Shown: positions 62,847 through 64,000 of the stretch, one piece after another | How positions within the stretch are numbered: position 1 is the first letter of the stretch | Layout of the letters: each line of letters opens with the position of its first letter | Assembly: GCA_039545335.1 (NCBI GenBank) | Contig: BCIN01000009.1 | Location: forward strand, 496,001 to 560,000 | Source of the DNA: Kondoa subrosea | Taxonomy: Eukaryota | DNA length: 64,000 nt | Reading direction: 5' to 3' | The notes under the pieces: model-generated | Databases searched by the model: none | The model's input: the letters and a program-made list of their open reading frames with translations, nothing else | What the model was told of the DNA's origin: nothing | Program-made: the position numbers and the translations under genes

Positions 62847-64000
62847 CTAAGCACTTCTACTTCCACGCATAGTAGTCCAATCCGGTAACTCCTCGTCTTG
62901 CCAATTGCTATCTCTCAATACTATTTCCCCAGTAGTCTTGAGGTTAACACACATACTTGCTCCAATCCATGGTAGCAAACTCATTGCGAATGGAGGTGCT
63001 TTACCACCATTGTTTTCACCTTCCGCTAAAGGATCGTTTAGGATTGCGATTTCTTTTGCTAGAGCTGATAATGGTGAGAATCGGGTAGAGAAAGTTGCTC
63101 GAGAAGAAGAAGAAGTTGAGGTTAGGATGGAGACGAGTTCTTTTTGTAGTCGACAAGAGAAATTGGGTAACATTGCTAGACCGCCTGATAAGAGAATAGA
63201 AGATGTCAAAGGTTTGCGTAGATCAATAGGCAGCTGTTTGGCATTCCTTCTGACTCAGCATAACTTAAATGCGAATTAGATGGAATGCCCTACATTCAGG
63301 ATCACAGATAGGATGGTTTCCACTATGGATGGTTCATCCTCATCGCCCGACTCAAACAAGAGATCCGCACTCCTTTCTCGGATCCAACCAGGTATACTCA
63401 GAAGCCCTTTCAAAGTATTCGAATTCGTTGGATTACTAATCCGGATATTTAAGCTTGTAGCAGTCGAATTAGCTTCGTAACGTTTCTTCAACTCTTCCAA
63501 AAACGGAGCATCCATGCTCTCATCATATTCTGCAGAAGACATGCTTTCTTCACTTCTTCCTTCTATTTCCATCTCACGGTCTTGTGTATTTGGTATCGGT
63601 TCACCAACAAACAAAGCACGAGTTATCAGGTCTTCCAATAAGGAAGAAGTCAGACATTCTACTGGTACAGGACCAGCAACAGGTCGCGGTGCGGTGGAAG
63701 TAGTGCTCAGGTTCGGTGGAGGTGTATAGGTAGCGGATCTAAGCAAAAGGCTTTTGAGTCGTTTTTTTAAACGTTTACCAGCGCAAGAAGTAGATTTCAT
63801 TAGATTGAACAGTGGTCGAGCGTGATAGATCTTCATTTGGCGCACATTAGGAAAAGGAGGGAAGCGGATCTGAAAAGAGCTCACTGGTACTGCTGTAGTT
63901 TCGAGGAAACCACAATCGACTACCAGACCAGTTATACCTCCCGTAGCAATCAAGGCAAGAAGATGGGAAGGCGCAAAGGTCAGAGAAGGGATCTAATTGC
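62847..64000 (-). CDS. ARP10: Actin-related protein Arp10/ACTR10 (5' end outside the window)
   Basis: APSHLLALIATGGITGLVVDCGFLETTAVP, IPGWIRERSADLLFE, LPIDLRKPL, ILLSGGLAMLPNF, WIGAS. Confidence 0.8.

Noticed and set aside
1..64000. Numerous 60-190 aa antisense or overlapping ORFs in the track; tRNA, rRNA, CRISPR, transposons; TGA-CTA readthrough to PTS1
   Set aside because: The ORFs are shadows of real genes with no recognisable motifs. No cloverleaf, repeat-spacer array, transposase/RT motif or terminal repeats were seen, and no cryptic PTS1 was found at the stops I checked.

Overview
This is a gene-dense, intron-rich eukaryotic region from a fungus, almost certainly a basidiomycete. Pucciniomycotina-like is an inference from the ~45-60 nt introns, the many microexons and the protein styles. 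About 31 protein-coding genes can be reconstructed by manual splicing. Recognisable ones: mitochondrial SerRS (partial), S53 sedolisin, a coiled-coil/YbjQ protein, MER3, TIM54, UBC8, an NAD-binding oxidoreductase, HIS3, a RING/TRAF protein, a small secreted Cys-rich protein, OsmC, an NTF2-like protein, RDH54/RAD54B, DENND6, GUP1, GPI16, SEC3, a MYND-finger protein, a GNAT, RPL15, a UPF0132 membrane protein, a trans-sulfuration PLP enzyme, SIS1, TRS65, otubain and ARP10 (partial). There are also several orphans. No tRNA, rRNA, CRISPR array or clear transposon was seen. The most notable observations are: (1) the MYND finger is split by a -1 frame change that falls at a G_GGA_AAA slippery heptamer followed by a 7-nt spacer and a stem-loop; (2) an intronless orphan ORF has a long, hairpin-rich 3' region containing a hairpin next to an AACCCTGAA motif, a speculative telomerase-RNA-like arrangement; (3) a 1-nt frameshift separates the signal peptide of a secreted protein from its mature part; (4) tandem genes are separated by only 73-120 nt; (5) GC-AG introns and 7-12 nt microexons are frequent. 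Exon boundaries were read by eye and are approximate where stated.
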